Assembly: GCF_964204645.1 (NCBI RefSeq)
Contig: NC_134030.1
Coordinates: forward strand, 11,181,947-11,245,946
DNA from: Tubulanus polymorphus
Taxonomy: Eukaryota > Animalia > Nemertea
Length of the DNA: 64,000 nucleotides
Direction: 5' to 3'
Position numbers and translations under genes: made by a program. The notes beneath the pieces were generated by a model. The model saw only the letters and a list, made by a program, of their open reading frames with translations. It had not been told where the DNA came from and ran no database searches. Below, one piece after another: positions 1 through 13,900 of this stretch; position 1 is the first letter of the stretch; each line of letters opens with the position of its first letter.

Positions 1-38
1 GACTGGGGTTGGGCCAGTAATCGCAAGCAAAGGTCATG

Positions 39-142
39 CAGTGAACCGACCTAGGCTACAATATTGTAGCCTCGGTCAGTGTTTACAAAAAAAGTTGTGC
101 AGTGAACCGACCTAGGTTACAATATTGTAGCCTCGGTCAGTG
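39..142. repeat. Two copies of a ~44-bp unit containing a ~30-bp palindrome (core AGGCTACAATATTGTAGCCT)
   Basis: Direct repeat at 39-82 and 99-142, each copy self-complementary. Confidence 0.85.
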
Positions 143-308
143 CTAACAGCTGAATCACAAGTTCTATGCAAACCCGCACTGCTTTTAGGTAACAAATTAT
201 CTATCATTCATTTGACCGAAGCATAACCGTTTTCTTTTTTCAGCTTTACAATTGATTCCATGAATTTAATAATTCCATTTTCGAATAATAATGTGTTTAG
301 AACGCACT

Positions 309-1499
309 TCACGTTCCTCCCCCAAACAATTCAAACTCGAACGGAACGGCCCTGGTAATTGGTGTTCGTTGCAGCTCTGGATGCGCATACATCATGATTG
401 GGCGTCCTGTCGGCATGTCTATTCTTTGCTTCCTTATCTTGTTACAATTCCAAACATTCACCACCTGATCGTGAACGTGCTGAAGAAGTTTTTGAGTTAT
501 ATGGCCACATAATTCAAAACCATGACTATATTAACATGATCGAACCATATATCGATGTAGATTACAAGCTGCCAGAATGTATCGAATCGTAACACTTTCG
601 GTACCTTGTATTCAACAAAACCATTAAACAGAGATATACAGAGAAACTATTTGAGAGAAGATATTCCAACCTGAATAACATGCATGAAACAAAACTGCAG
701 AAGATTCTTATCTATAAAGTCACCAGTGTGATAGCCGTCATCTTGTAGCCTTTTAAATAGATCCAACCAAAAGTTAACGCTTTCTTTCCTTAGAATACCC
801 CACCAAATCTCCATTCTCTGGTTTGCTGTGCTTTTGCCCCTCAGATAACTGTGATGTCCAGCATATCGATCGATGTGATCGTTTCTGAGAAATATTTGCA
901 TTTGCTGGATAAAAGGATTCTCCGTTCCATCATCTGCCCTTAATCTAGATGGGCAACCATCTTTGGACTCTACTGCCTCTAAGAAATACCCACATATGAC
1001 ACGGGGATCGTTGTTCGTTGTCCAAACTTCCAACCAGATAATTAATCTTGAGAATCCATCAATGCATCCACTTACACAAAAACCAAATGGTTTTGGCTTA
1101 TCATATCCGTCGACATTCCAAATTGCGTTAGGCCCAGGATTTTCATACAAACGCCGCCGGAGTCGTTTTGTTATTCTTTGCTTCACTCCTTCTGGGTCTA
1201 ATATGCCGAGCAGCAGTCGCACCACATTCTGGGGAATTCTCAGGCCATGCTGTGTACACTTAAAGTGCATCCATCGATATCCATGTAAATGACCTGATTT
1301 CTCCAACTGATGTATGATATACAGAGCTACGGTGATGATATCGGAGTAATCCTTTCTGCGGAACAAACCCAACTGAGCTCCTATCCGTCGCACAGTACGG
1401 TTACTAATTTTGATGTCAAAATCCTTACACAAACAGTATTATATTTCTGCGTTGCTGAAACCCTAGAAAAAGTTTCCTGAATATCTCATGGCGATCCAT
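309..1499 (-). pseudogene. IS3EU-type DDE integrase-core transposase, two exons (about 1499-671 and 479-309), decayed 5' end
   Basis: ORF 647-1432 has RRRLYENPGPNAIWNVDGYDK, CIDGFSRLIIWL, RADDGTEN and STANQRMEIWW (DDE core). A phase-0 GT..AG intron (670-480) joins it to HVHDQVVNVWNCNKIRKQ..PTGRPIMMYAHPEL, the usual C-terminus of this family. A frameshift and a stop lie upstream of 1432. Confidence 0.75.
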
Positions 1500-1554
1500 T
1501 ACAGTTAGTATTACGAAATGGGTACAGCGTCTACTCTTTCTCTTAATATACCAA

Positions 1555-1900
1555 CTCGAAAAATCATTTTGTGAAGTCGACTTACAAACTCGAAAAGTCT
1601 ACTTATTAACTCAAAAAGTCGACTTTTTAAACTCGAAAAGTCGACTTACTAACTCGAAAAGTCTTAAAAGGCTTAATAACTCGAAAAGTCGACTTTTAAA
1701 AGTCGAAAAGTCGACTCATTAACTCGAAAAGTCGACTTATTAAAGTCGAAACGTCGACTTATTAAGTACTCGAAAATACGACTTTTTAAACTCGAAAAGT
1801 CGACTTAATAACTCGAAAAGTCGACTTACTAAGTCGAAAAGTCGACTTAATCACTCGAAAAGTTGACTTTTCAAAGTCGAAAAGTCGACTTTTTAAACTG
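1555..1900. repeat. Minisatellite of ~21-22-bp units (AACTCGAAAAGTCGACTT..), subterminal to the IS3EU-type element, which ends ..TTCCGTA at 1936
   Basis: About 15 degenerate tandem copies with palindromic core AAGTCGACTT; TACGG terminus on the - strand at 1936. Confidence 0.85.
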
Positions 1901-2771
1901 AAAATAAAATGTTGTTGGCCGTATTGCTCTTCCGTAATAACGTAACCAAGCTAACAAAAAAAAGTTCAAAGAACATTTTCTAAAAGTTTTTCACTAACAT
2001 TTTAACGTTAACGTTTAGCGTTTATTATAAGGTACAGAGGACGTTTTGATAACGTTGAACTGATGGTTACTTCATAACCTCTCCGCAGCCATTGATCTTG
2101 ATAAAAACGTTCCAATAACGTTGGTATGACGTTTCAAAATAACCACGCTGTCCTCTTTCATGAGCTCGAATAAATTTCAATTAACGTTAATATTTGAATA
2201 ATTTTGTCTAACTTCTATTTTGTAACTACGTATATGCATATATGATATCGAAATTATTCTCCCGTTAGTTAGTCCTCCAGTGCACAGTCGTCGTCGAATA
2301 CATCGTAGCTGGCTGCCTTTGCGATTCCTAAAATACAAAGGAAATAACAAAGAAACTTGTATTTTCATAGTTGTGTTAAGCCTTGAAGTTCATTTCGATC
2401 ATAAGTGTATACGGGGATTGTTATGATTATTATTGGAGCACAACAGTTTGGTCATTTCACCGATATAAAACCCTACGAAAGGGTCTCTAACATGGGGTTT
2501 CTACATGAAAGATTGTTTCATAAACATCCTATCGGTATTTTTCCGTATGTTTACGGTATCAAAATTTGTGGATTGAATAACGTACCTTAGCCAATAAACG
2601 ATTTTTTTAATCCATTGAACACGCCGTATAAAGCTGATTGCTGAACAATGGCGGACACTACCTGCTTTGATATATAACGATCTCCATCGGTTTCGAATCC
2701 CATATTTTTCTTTACTCCCGAAAGTTTGAATCTTGCTTTCCGATGGTATTAGAACGTATGAATCCGCATAG

Positions 2772-3703
2772 TATGGTGGCTGATAAGGGCCGTGAAAATA
2801 TTTCCAAACAAAAAATAATTTTGTCATAAAAAATAATTTTCCATCGAAAAATATTTCGTGAGTGAAAATAATTCCGCTATGAAAAATAAATTTCCATCAA
2901 AATATATTCGTAAGCGAAAATAGTTTTCTTATGAAAATAATCGCCTTCAAAATATATGCTGAGCAAAAATAGTTCTGCTATGAAAAATAAATCGTCTTCC
3001 TTCAAAATATATTCCGATACTAAAATATGTTTGCAGTGTAAGAAATAATTGTGGGTTTTCCGCTAGTGCGCGCTCGCTTGTGATTGAACTGTCTCACTTA
3101 AACTTATTTCATCCATGCTACTAGCCCTAAGTATAGTATCACTGCGTGCATGAACTACACAGGGCATACCGCAAGGCTCTCATGTAAAATCAGAGCGCTT
3201 GGGTAGAGCATTGGTTTTGATCCGAAAAAGTCGTGACGAATTCTTGTGACCTAACGTTAGGAAGGATGGGATGGTGGTGCCGTCATCGGGTCCATGTGAA
3301 CACAAATTAGGGCCAAAAATTTGTACAGTCAAAATCAAATTAAATTAGGGCTCTTGATTTTGATTCCTCCGGTCCATCTAGAAATAACCATTTTTGGTCA
3401 ATGTAATGGACTCCGCATATCAATAAAAATGGCCAAAATAACGGATACAAGTTTGTTGTAGCCGTAGGATCGAAAACTAAGACATCTTTTACTTGATGTC
3501 CCGTTCAACACACTACATAAACACTACATACTTGACGGTACAAACACTGCTGCGTGAAAACGGAAAAACCCGAAATTATTTTGAAGGCGATTTATTAAGT
3601 AATTATTTTTACTCGCGAAATATTTTTTGATGGAAATTTATTTTTCATGACGAAATAATTTTTTTGTCAGGAAATATTTTCATGGGCCTTATCAGCTACC
3701 ATA
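2772..3703. mobile_element. Non-autonomous IS3EU-type MITE
   Basis: ~100-bp imperfect TIRs (TATGGTGGCTGATAAGG.. / ..CCTTATCAGCTACCATA), exact 6-bp TSD GCATAG at 2766-2771 and 3704-3709, TAY..RTA termini. Confidence 0.9.
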
Positions 3704-3887
3704 GCATAGGGATTTGCTTAAAATGGGCAATATTGATCAATATTGATGATATCTGACTTAGCTAATCATTTGCTGCAGGGTCTTGGATGACAAGTTTATA
3801 AAACCTTCAGAAAACGTTATCGCCTGAACGTTACATTATAAACTATCACACAACTTTCACGAACGTTTCCGAACGTTGTGTGCGAGC

Positions 3888-4276
3888 TGGGAAAATTCCT
3901 GGTATGCAAGTGAGGGCGCCAGATCGCCAGAACGCCAGAACGCCAGAACGAAAATATGACATCGAATTTCCTTTAAAAAATCCGTTTCGGTGCGCCAAAA
4001 CAAAGAATATTCCGTTTTTGCTCCCAAAACATTCAACAATGAACAAGCATTCAGCCACTGTAAATTTTTTTTTCAATTCGGCGCGCTGACCGTGAGTTTA
4101 ATTTGCATATATTTGAACATATAGAATTATTCTACGTGGTGGAATTCTTTGTTTTGGTGCGCCAAAATGGACTTTAAAAAGGAAATTCGACGTTTTTTTG
4201 TCTTAGTGTTATGGCGCTCTGGTTCCCTCATTCGCATATCAGGACTTTTACGTTATGGCCCTTATCAGCCACCATA
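3888..4276. mobile_element. Foldback remnant with the same IS3EU-type right terminus
   Basis: Ends GGCCCTTATCAGCCACCATA, the exact reverse complement of 2772-2791; internal inverted arms at about 3895-4012 and 4141-4250. Confidence 0.65.
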
Positions 4277-4639
4277 GAAATCAGCATTTACGATTTAAAA
4301 TTGTACATGAAGATCGATTTCTGTGACGATTTTAGTTGAGTTGGATTGGGATGGAATTTCTACTTGCACTTCATTGAAAATTCATCAAATTACATTATAT
4401 TCAATTTAATTTCATTTCGCATTCAACTTCATAAGAAGAATAGAAACGATTGATCTGAGGTATTCGATCCTGCCATCTCCCTGTCTGTGTTAGTACTGTT
4501 ACATTGTGTAAATTATATTGAGATGGGAGAGTATTTTGACAACCCGTAGATTACATCATAGTCAACACTTGGCGCGTGGAGCAGATGGCTAGTAAAAGGC
4601 TAAAATGAAAGATACATTGTGATACTATTTCTTTTGCAG

Positions 4640-4900
4640 GAATTAAATGGGTAGATCTCTTTTATTCTGGACAACGATCCATGACGGTATCAGGCTATCT
4701 CTGTCAAAACTGGGCGAGTTCAGATCCGCATGTACCAGGGTACACTGTTTCAGAGATTCTTAGGCAAATGCCCGAAAGCTTTATCCATGATGCACAGAAC
4801 TATTGCCGCGAGGTTGGGCAAGTGGGCGTGCCATGGTGTTATACCGTCAATAATGAAAGATGGGAACGTTGTGGGATTACGGTGGCTTATGGAAATACCG
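4640..4900 (+). CDS. Exon: kringle domain 1 (first Cys missing)
   Basis: [36 protein letters not shown]; tttgcag acceptor, gtaag donor. Confidence 0.85.
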
Positions 4901-7900
4901 GTAAGATTTTTGAATTTCGTAGGCGTTAAGATAATAACAGCGACATATATACTTGCACATGTTTTTCATATTACACTCCAAAATATACAGTTGCCAAATT
5001 GCCTTACATTTGAAGATGTATTCGGTTTAGCTGCTGGGTTTAGAGAAAAACAAGAAAAATACTTACGAAAAAAATATTGGCGCCCGGTGGAAAAATGGAA
5101 AATGTAGTAGTATATACATATAGGTGAAATGTAATATGGAGGTTTGTGTATTTGGCAAATTTTCATGTAACTAGGGGTCCAGGGACACCAGGGACTCCTC
5201 CGGGTCATCTCTGGTATGGCGGTGATGAAAAATATGGCGGTTGGTTCAGTAGATCTGAACTTTCGATGTACATATATCAAGATATCAGTAATCTTAAGGA
5301 CATTCCATCGATTTTATCGGAGTAGGAAACTGCTTTTAGTGGAAATAGTGTTGAAAATGGAAGAAGGATGATTATAATCGAAAGAGGCAAAATAATAGGC
5401 AAAGTAGCAGACACGCTAAATCTCGGGTAGCCAGTCCACCCAGAGTCTTCTGACTTACTATGTAATTAGCTTTCCAGCCTAGCCCTAAATGGTTAACAAA
5501 CAAGGGTGAAGAGGTTCCAGATTTGAAAGCTACAGGCCGTAAAATAACATTCATTCAACATATTTCATTTTTTCGGTAAGAATTAAGTATTTCAATATAT
5601 CAGACAATCGGAAGAAAAGTCTCCAGTTGTAGGTAATTCTGGTGATTTCTTTGTGGGAGACATCTACAATTCCGACACTATGTCGTTTGTTTATCGAACG
5701 CTATGATCATTTCGCCACTCGTTGAAATTTTTAAAAAAGCGATGCGTGCGGCTATTTTTCTAAAACTGATGGTCGGTCTACGCTTTCAAATTTCGCTAAA
5801 GTAATTTTTAGGAATAGAATTTGATTTTTACTTACGCCCTGTCCATAGGACACTACCACATTTTCAATAAATTCGTTTCAGTTGCCTGTCACTGTATGAC
5901 TGCCATATGATGAAGTGTGAGACGAATATGTGCACGGCATATTAGTACACACATTTTTTTGAATCGAAATTTATTTTTCATACAGGTAATTTTGTATTTT
6001 CCGATCAACCTGGTAAGGCTACACTTAGCATAGGTCATTATTACGATACGGACATCTGTATCGGGCTTTGGTACGTAAAGAAGAACGTTGGCAAAGTTTT
6101 CGACCTGGTGTTGCAGTACGATGACGATCTAAATGACGTTTACTTATACTCGGAATACAGCCGAACGGAGCAATGGACATTCACCGATATAGATGTGGTC
6201 AACTCAGTGAAACAAAAATTCGCGGTAATTACATTAACAGATCATAACAACATTGAAACTTGAGTGAGACCGTTTTGCTGACATTCTACTTTTGTGTATC
6301 AGTTATTCTCAGCCAATCTAGCATGCCTAATGACTATTTTCTAATCAATGAATAAGAACACGAATCTAACAGTTGATCTTATTCAGGGATCTTTCAGGGA
6401 ACTTGTCGACCTTTACGGCCCTTTCTTTCGCTTAAGGTGTTCGTGTCAGGCTAAGAGTGTTATCAAATTTTTAATCCTTATTTACCGGGCACTTTCTTTG
6501 TTTGATACTCTGTTTTCTGTGGTGTGATATGTTTTTTAATGAGGGTGTGATACATGTTTCAGGTAACGATACTAATGAATAAGGATAATAATGACGTAAT
6601 AGCGATAGACGACATTGGGGTTGCAACGAAGAGCTGTTTCTCAAAGCCATATGGTATATTTCACACTCCTTTCGCTTTTTCCATTGCATTTGGAATTATG
6701 AACGAAATACTGATTGTACGGAATACATAGTAATTCCAATGAAAAACATGTATGTGTAATTTCAGGTACTAGAGCAATAGCAACGAATAATCGCAATTCC
6801 CCGAATAGATGGGTCGATGTTGATCAATCACGCGTCTATATCCATCTACAGGAATTCATGTCATTCTGGCATTGTGAAGAATTTTGCAAGACGCATTTTT
6901 CCGGGGCTGAATTGGGTCCATTCCGTTTGAGTCAATTAGACGAAATACAACTTCGCTTCAACGATAAATTCACAGGTATACTTACTATAATTTTAAGGTT
7001 GCGGCAACAGTTATGTATTCGATGACTCATTTCAATTTCAGCAACACAATACAACATTTATGCACGATTGATTGCTATATTCAATAAAGGCATTCTTCTG
7101 TTTAATGCAGATATTAAAAGGGAATACTATCCGGCTTGGATTAACAACAGAGTGTTCTCACATCGCCCTTTGTTCGGTATCCACAAGGCTGGTAGGCAGT
7201 GCTTAGGCGCCAATGCTTCAGGAATAGTCGTGTACGATTGTAATAAAAAGTTACCTTGCCTTTGTCAAATATATACAGGTAGGACCTGCGGCATCTCCTG
7301 ATATTAGATACACAGCCCCGTAGCGTAACCAATCTCATGCAGTTCGTTTCGTGAAAATACCTTTTTTGAGGGGTTCACCTTAAATCACTTGACCTTCCCA
7401 CGCTACGGGCCTGATACATACGTATAATGCTTCCAATATGATTAAAATAGACTATATGGTATACGGTAAAAATGTCCCGGGAGAAATGTCCCCGGAAAAA
7501 AATGTCCCGGAAAATATGTACCCGGAAAAATGTCCCAGAGAAAAAATGTTCCCGAAAAAAAATGTCCCAGTCTATGATTACTAACTTAATGTAGTTAATT
7601 TCGCATCATAATAACACTAGAGAACAAACATGGTAATACATTTTAATTACAATTTTAACATTTTATAACAAATAATGGCTCTTCTATGATTTAGATATTT
7701 GTATTACAAATTTAAAATGTCCTTAAATTTGACGTATTAATTGAAGTAACTGTGCATTTACTTTATAACTTTTCATAATTTCCTCCATTAATGATATGTA
7801 ATTTAGTAACTGCGCATTCAATTCAATAGTAAGATCTTCTTAAATTTGACGTATCATGTAATGAGTTCACATGTACTCAATAGGCAAAATTAATCAATGC

Positions 7901-10900
7901 TAAAATTTTAGGCCTATAATTCTCATGTTCACTCAATGAATTCTTTTTAATGGTTAGTGTGCAATTTACACAATTACCAAGTTTGTTCTCCCGATTAACA
8001 TTGATGTGTAATTTGCTAAATTATTAATGATTGACTGCCGGGACATTTTTTCTACCTCATGGGACAATTTTTCCCTTGGACATATTTTCCGGGGACATTA
8101 TTTCCCGGGACATTTTTACCTACATCTGACTATATACACGTGGAGGTACATTAAGTAACGATAAAACTAAGTACATTTACCGAGTGTATAATATCTATAT
8201 AATAATCTGTTCACGGCTGGATGGTAACCAGCGAGTTTTGGTCTCGAAGTCGATGTCAACTTAATCGACATCTAAAGGTTAAATGAAGTAGTTGAATTAG
8301 TAGTAGTTTAGCATGGGAGAAGTCTGTAAAATAGTTGGCTGGCTAGAAAATAGATTTGTTCAATCGGTGAGCCATTCGGACTTTCTTGGTACCGTTGGAA
8401 AGCCAACATCATTGGGGCTTCGGACGGAAATCTCAGCAATAACTCACAAACTATGATATATAGCCTTGACATTTCAAAACTGGAAACAATTTCAAATAAT
8501 TGCCAACAATCATCTAAATTGACCCAAAATGTTAGAAAAAGAAATTATAGATGGTTTAACGACAAGTGTCACTTCAGTGATACTATTCCAATAAACAATT
8601 CCAGCAGCTGTGTTATCCAGAAAGAGGTCTAGTCGTTTATAGTTCCTGTACGGCGAAAAACCTTGTCGTAAACGCCGTTTCAAGCGCTCCGGAGAAGCTT
8701 TCTATATTGCATCTATCATTTCGATCCAGTTGACAGCCTTAGGCGCAGCAAAATAGGCAAACAGTCTTTAGTGTTGGTAAGGCCTTCAATTTGATGTACG
8801 GGGACCACTGAGTGAAACACACATTCTCCTCAAACAACTTAGACCTTTAAAGCTACCCGTATCTAAATTTTATTTGGAATGTAAATAGTCCCTCAATGTA
8901 ACAAATCTACTTCGCAATGTCCCAACTGGACCACACTCATCGATAACTGACGATGCGAGCTACTAACATAGCTCGTGTCTACACAAAATATCGAGTTGCA
9001 GGACTACTAACTCTGAAAAGAGAACTAACACAACACGACAGGTATTGTATCCCAGTTTTATTGATGTACTCCTCAACTAACTACGAACTAACTCAACCCC
9101 CGGCAAACCCCAACTGCGTATGCTCATCTACCAATCATAATCTTTCGAATTCACACTCTCAAACTAACATAACACATTCACTCCTTACAGGTTGGAACGA
9201 AACTTGCTCATGAAATCAAAATCAAAATGTATACGGTATTTTGGGGCTATGAAAATTAGGCCAACCTTTAACGAGCTTTATATACAGGGGAAAATATGTT
9301 GATCGAATAATTATTCAAGAGCTCACTTGCTCTTCCCTAACATAACCCCTATATATATTATCCTTAGCATAACCCGATGGTTTTTTTACACCTGACTATG
9401 ATCTTCTGTGGAAGTTCAAAATCAATTTTGATTCGATAAATGAATTTGGTTTTTATCTTTGCACGTTGCGTTTATAGTGGGTTCTAATAATGTTACGTAT
9501 CATTTCTCAATGTCCGAGTGTGATTATTTTCTTAGTATCATCATTTCAATATTTTCAGGCTCTGGTGATGGGGTAGATATACTATCGAATTCTCATGCGG
9601 CGTCGTTATACATATCGCAAAATGGCACAACAACCGAATGGGAACCACTGCCGGGGAACCAACAATGCATAGACTTAAGAAGCGGATCTGTGCTTAAATA
9701 TGAGCTGCCTAAGCCTCACGTGATTCGTGAAATCCGAATAAGTAACGTCCAAGGTGCGTTGCTTCAATGTAACTTTAATGTTCATGTTTCGAAAAAACCT
9801 CTGAGATTTACTGTGGATTTTTTTTCTAGCTGCATTTATGGGAGTAAATGAGACAGATATTATCAATATTATTAATGAGGAAAAGAAAGGCCAGTGTAAA
9901 TTGACGCATTCCGGTGAGACTTATCGGGGTACCATATCACGGACATATACGGGAATCAAATGTCAAGCTTGGGCAACACAAGATCCACACGTATTCGACC
10001 AGGACGCGAACCACTTCCCGGAAAAAGACTTCGAAAAAGCGAAGAACTACTGCCGTAATCCTGACGGTGAGCCAGGTCCTTGGTGTTATACAACTGATCC
10101 TGATGTGCGCTGGGAGCTTTGTGAAATCTACCCTTGTAGCTGTAAGTGTATTCGAAAAATAATGCAACAAAAATAAAGTGACTGGTTTTCATCTAAGATC
10201 TAAATACGTAACATATGTAAATACGTAGTACACTTATTTCAGCTGACCTTGGTTCCGGTATACACTATACCTATATAAAAGGTTCGTTGAATTGATATAC
10301 AGTTGCTGTTGCTTAATCTGAGGAATTCGTATGCAGCGAAGTCTCATTCAAGGCCCGTAAATATAAATGCAAAAATTTTATAAATTTTTCACTGAATTCG
10401 TAAATATCATTTGTCTATATTTGACACACGCTGCATCTCTTGTTTTCAACTTCGTATCATTGATAATTTGTTTGTGACTTCCATGATTTTACTTTGGTAG
10501 CCGATATTTTCTCACGATTTCTGAAGTTTTCTCGCGCGAGAAAACCAAACTTTTTGAATTCTGCCGAGAGAAAAACAAACTTTTTGATTTCCCGCGCGAG
10601 AAAACCAAACGGGTTTATGTGAATATTCTATCGTTGCTTTTAGCCGTACAGAAAATCGTTTAGTATGGCCCGAATCAGCCGCCATATTATACGTGTTTCT
10701 AATAACCTACGTTGTTTATGAACGCATTTCTAATCATTGTAACTTTCTTGGGAGGGTGGTTCATTGAAATATTTGCTGTTTCTCCAAAGATGAGAGGTTA
10801 GCGGATTTGACGACTTATATGTAAACAACTCCTCATTTACTTCATTAGGATTGTCAGATTCGTGAATATATTCGAGCTATTTCTTCGTTCATTTGTATTA

Positions 10901-13900
10901 ATTTTCATTCATCGAGTTGATTTTTCATCTATTATTTATCTGACTTTTCACAAGCTTGCCCCGATGGATGGGATCACAGTGACGGTGGGCATTGCTACCT
11001 GTTTTCAGAGCAACAGTTCACCAAACGCGATGCGGAACGATACTGTCAAGATAAAGATCCACGCAATAGCCATGTATGTCAGTCTTATTTCGAGGATTCC
11101 GCAGTTAGATTTGCAACGGTGACCTTGTTTGGATTGAAACTATTTTCTATCTTTATCGGTAGTTACTTCACATCAACGGGCCGGATGAAATGAATTTCAT
11201 AATGATTATTCTCAAACTTATATCAGTGAAGAACGTATGGATACAAGGGTCATCGGAAAACGATTTCACATTTCAGAGCTCCTTAGGAGGTAAACAAAAT
11301 CATCCCCATCGATATTATCACAAATAACACAATTGTATGGTGCATGTTGATCAATGAATGTGAATATATGGCTATTGTATGAAGAATCTAATCATCGTTT
11401 AGGAAAAAAGTATCGATTTGACTCTTTATTGTGGAACGCTATAACGGGGGATTGGATCCCGACTAACGCAAAGAACACAACGATGGCAATCGCCGTCTGC
11501 GAGACATTAAAACGTAAGTATAACGTAGGTTGATGTGCACGTATGGGTAAGTCAAACCCACCGATTAATCTTGCTCGGTTTAATCCGGATCTTGGTCTAA
11601 TCGGACAATCTTGCCGTCCATTAGTTAATTGATATATAAACAATTTACTTTTAATCAGGATTTTCAGTAAACCGGATAAATTTTGTTGGTACGAAATCAT
11701 CCAAATTCAGCGGATACTACCAACTGTACATGTTATTGTAGTCACATGTGCATGTATGTGTGTATATATTGCGTGCGCGCGTGTACTGCAGGTTGTTTTG
11801 TAAACCGCACACCAACTATCACGTCAGAAGGCGCCACTGGGATATCAGGCGAAATAATACCTGTAATGGGGTTTGAGTGTAAATGAAATAAAGTATATAA
11901 ATCAATTCGATCAAATTAGTTCATTTTCAAATAGCCTAACTTAAATTGCAATTTTCGGGACAATTCAACAGCTAGGTGAATCACGCATTGAAATAAACTG
12001 ATTATTCTATAGAATTCATATGTGGCACGATTTTCATACACGCATTCGAATTTGACAAATTATTGTTAGATTTTAATTGAGTTTTGAAATTCATAGTTGA
12101 TTTCGTACTGTACACTATAGCGAACTGTAGTGAAATGTTGCTTACCATAGTAGCGTTCCGGTGGGTCTGTCTAAAGAACATACGTCTAACTGCCCGTTGT
12201 TTTTTTCGTTTCGGGTGAAATATAAAATCCAGTTCGGGTTTTAGCTGATATCGAAGATTACTTTAAAGTGGGTTCGAGCGCCAAAATGTGCAATTGACAA
12301 CTACATTATCTTAAGCCAGGACAGATGGATAGCGGGCCTAGGCCACACATCCAATAAACCATAAGCTTAGGGGGCCTACTGGACAGCACTATTACCCCCT
12401 TCATTTAAACCACTGCTACATGATATCATCCCACAGGTTTCAATAAAATATCAATTCTGTAACAGAGGAGAGGGGTATAATTGTAATAATAGATAATCAA
12501 TTTTGAACTGTAGTTTTAATTTTCTTAATTGAAATTTTACTACAAAAACCAGAAATGTGAACAAAATCTTATCAGATTTTTGTCACATATTTTATTTATT
12601 CCAAAACAGATTCATACAGTTGATCATTCCATACCTTGTACATGTTTTAAGATACAAATATATCTTTATTTGAAGTGAATGAAACTTATAAGTGGTTATG
12701 ATACATCACAGCAGAGAAAAGCACTATTAATCACACTATAGCCTTACATGTGCATAGCCTTGATGTAAATGGTTTTTTATAAATAATATGTTCCATTCTT
12801 TAAATTGTTTAATCGATAACGAATGCACTGAGTGAGAACCTTATTGAGAGCCTTATTGACAGGACAGCGGTATATCGCTCGGACACACGCGAGCTCCTTA
12901 GTACACACAGTATTATGGGGCGCCACGCTCAGGACTGGGTGAAGTCCTGAAATGAATCATTCAAGTAGCATCTAAAACACTAAAATCAAAATCGGAACGA
13001 AAAATCCAAAGGGCGGTTAGAGGTATGTGCTTTAGACAGACCCGTTGCGGGTACCCCATTCAATTCAATTTCAATTCAGACTATTGCACAGTAATGTTTA
13101 TGGATAACATTATTAACTTTTTACGGTAAGGAGCAGCAAATTTAATATTGGCTGTGTTTTAGCAATTCTTTGTATTTAGCATAAAAATCCGTGAAGCCAA
13201 TTAAACAGTTCCAAAATTCTCATTTTAGGCCTACCAGCTCATTTTCTTCCTGATGAATGTGTCAATATTTTGCTATAGGTTTAGATTTTGTTCAATGCTC
13301 TATCCAATCATTCCAGCCATGAATGCCGATAGGCCTAGATGATGAGACAGCACAAATACTCATCAGAAAGTGACGAACACTGATTTATTGAATTTCTGCC
13401 ATATAATGTATTTTTAGAACAAATAAACGTTGACTATTTTATCATACGGGAGTCTCCTACAATTTTGAGGTCTCTGAAAAATTTCAAGCTCAAACATTCC
13501 GAACTGAATATTTTCTGAAAAATTTAGTTTAAAAACAGAAAATGTCAAAACTTTATTGGCAATTAACTGTTTTTAAAACGGTAAATGGTTCTAGAAGATG
13601 TAAAAACCTTTTGAGTATGTGCAATTAAGTGGACACCTTCCGCTCCTTTGCTTACCCAGATACCGTAACGTATAGTACCTAAATATACATTATTGTTGTG
13701 GTTTTACGTCAAGAAACAGCCATGTTCCTTGGCCCCTGGGCCATTCATGTAAATAGTAAAAATATGCTTTTTTGCCTTCTGACTTTTCTATTTTTCAACT
13801 TGTAACATTGTTACGAATAAAGATATATATATATTTTACCAGACCTTGACTAAGTTATATAATATTTTAACGTTACCTTAAAATATTAATGTAAGTATCC

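Noticed and set aside
2371-2600. Possible signal-peptide or first exon of the receptor
   Set aside because: FISIISVYGDC.. is suggestive, but there is no convincing start or donor and it lies among repeats
11792-11878. Candidate extra exon ([13 protein letters not shown])
   Set aside because: Joining it to 15674 creates a TAA; the direct splice 11513 to 15674 is in frame. It would need an unseen partner exon.
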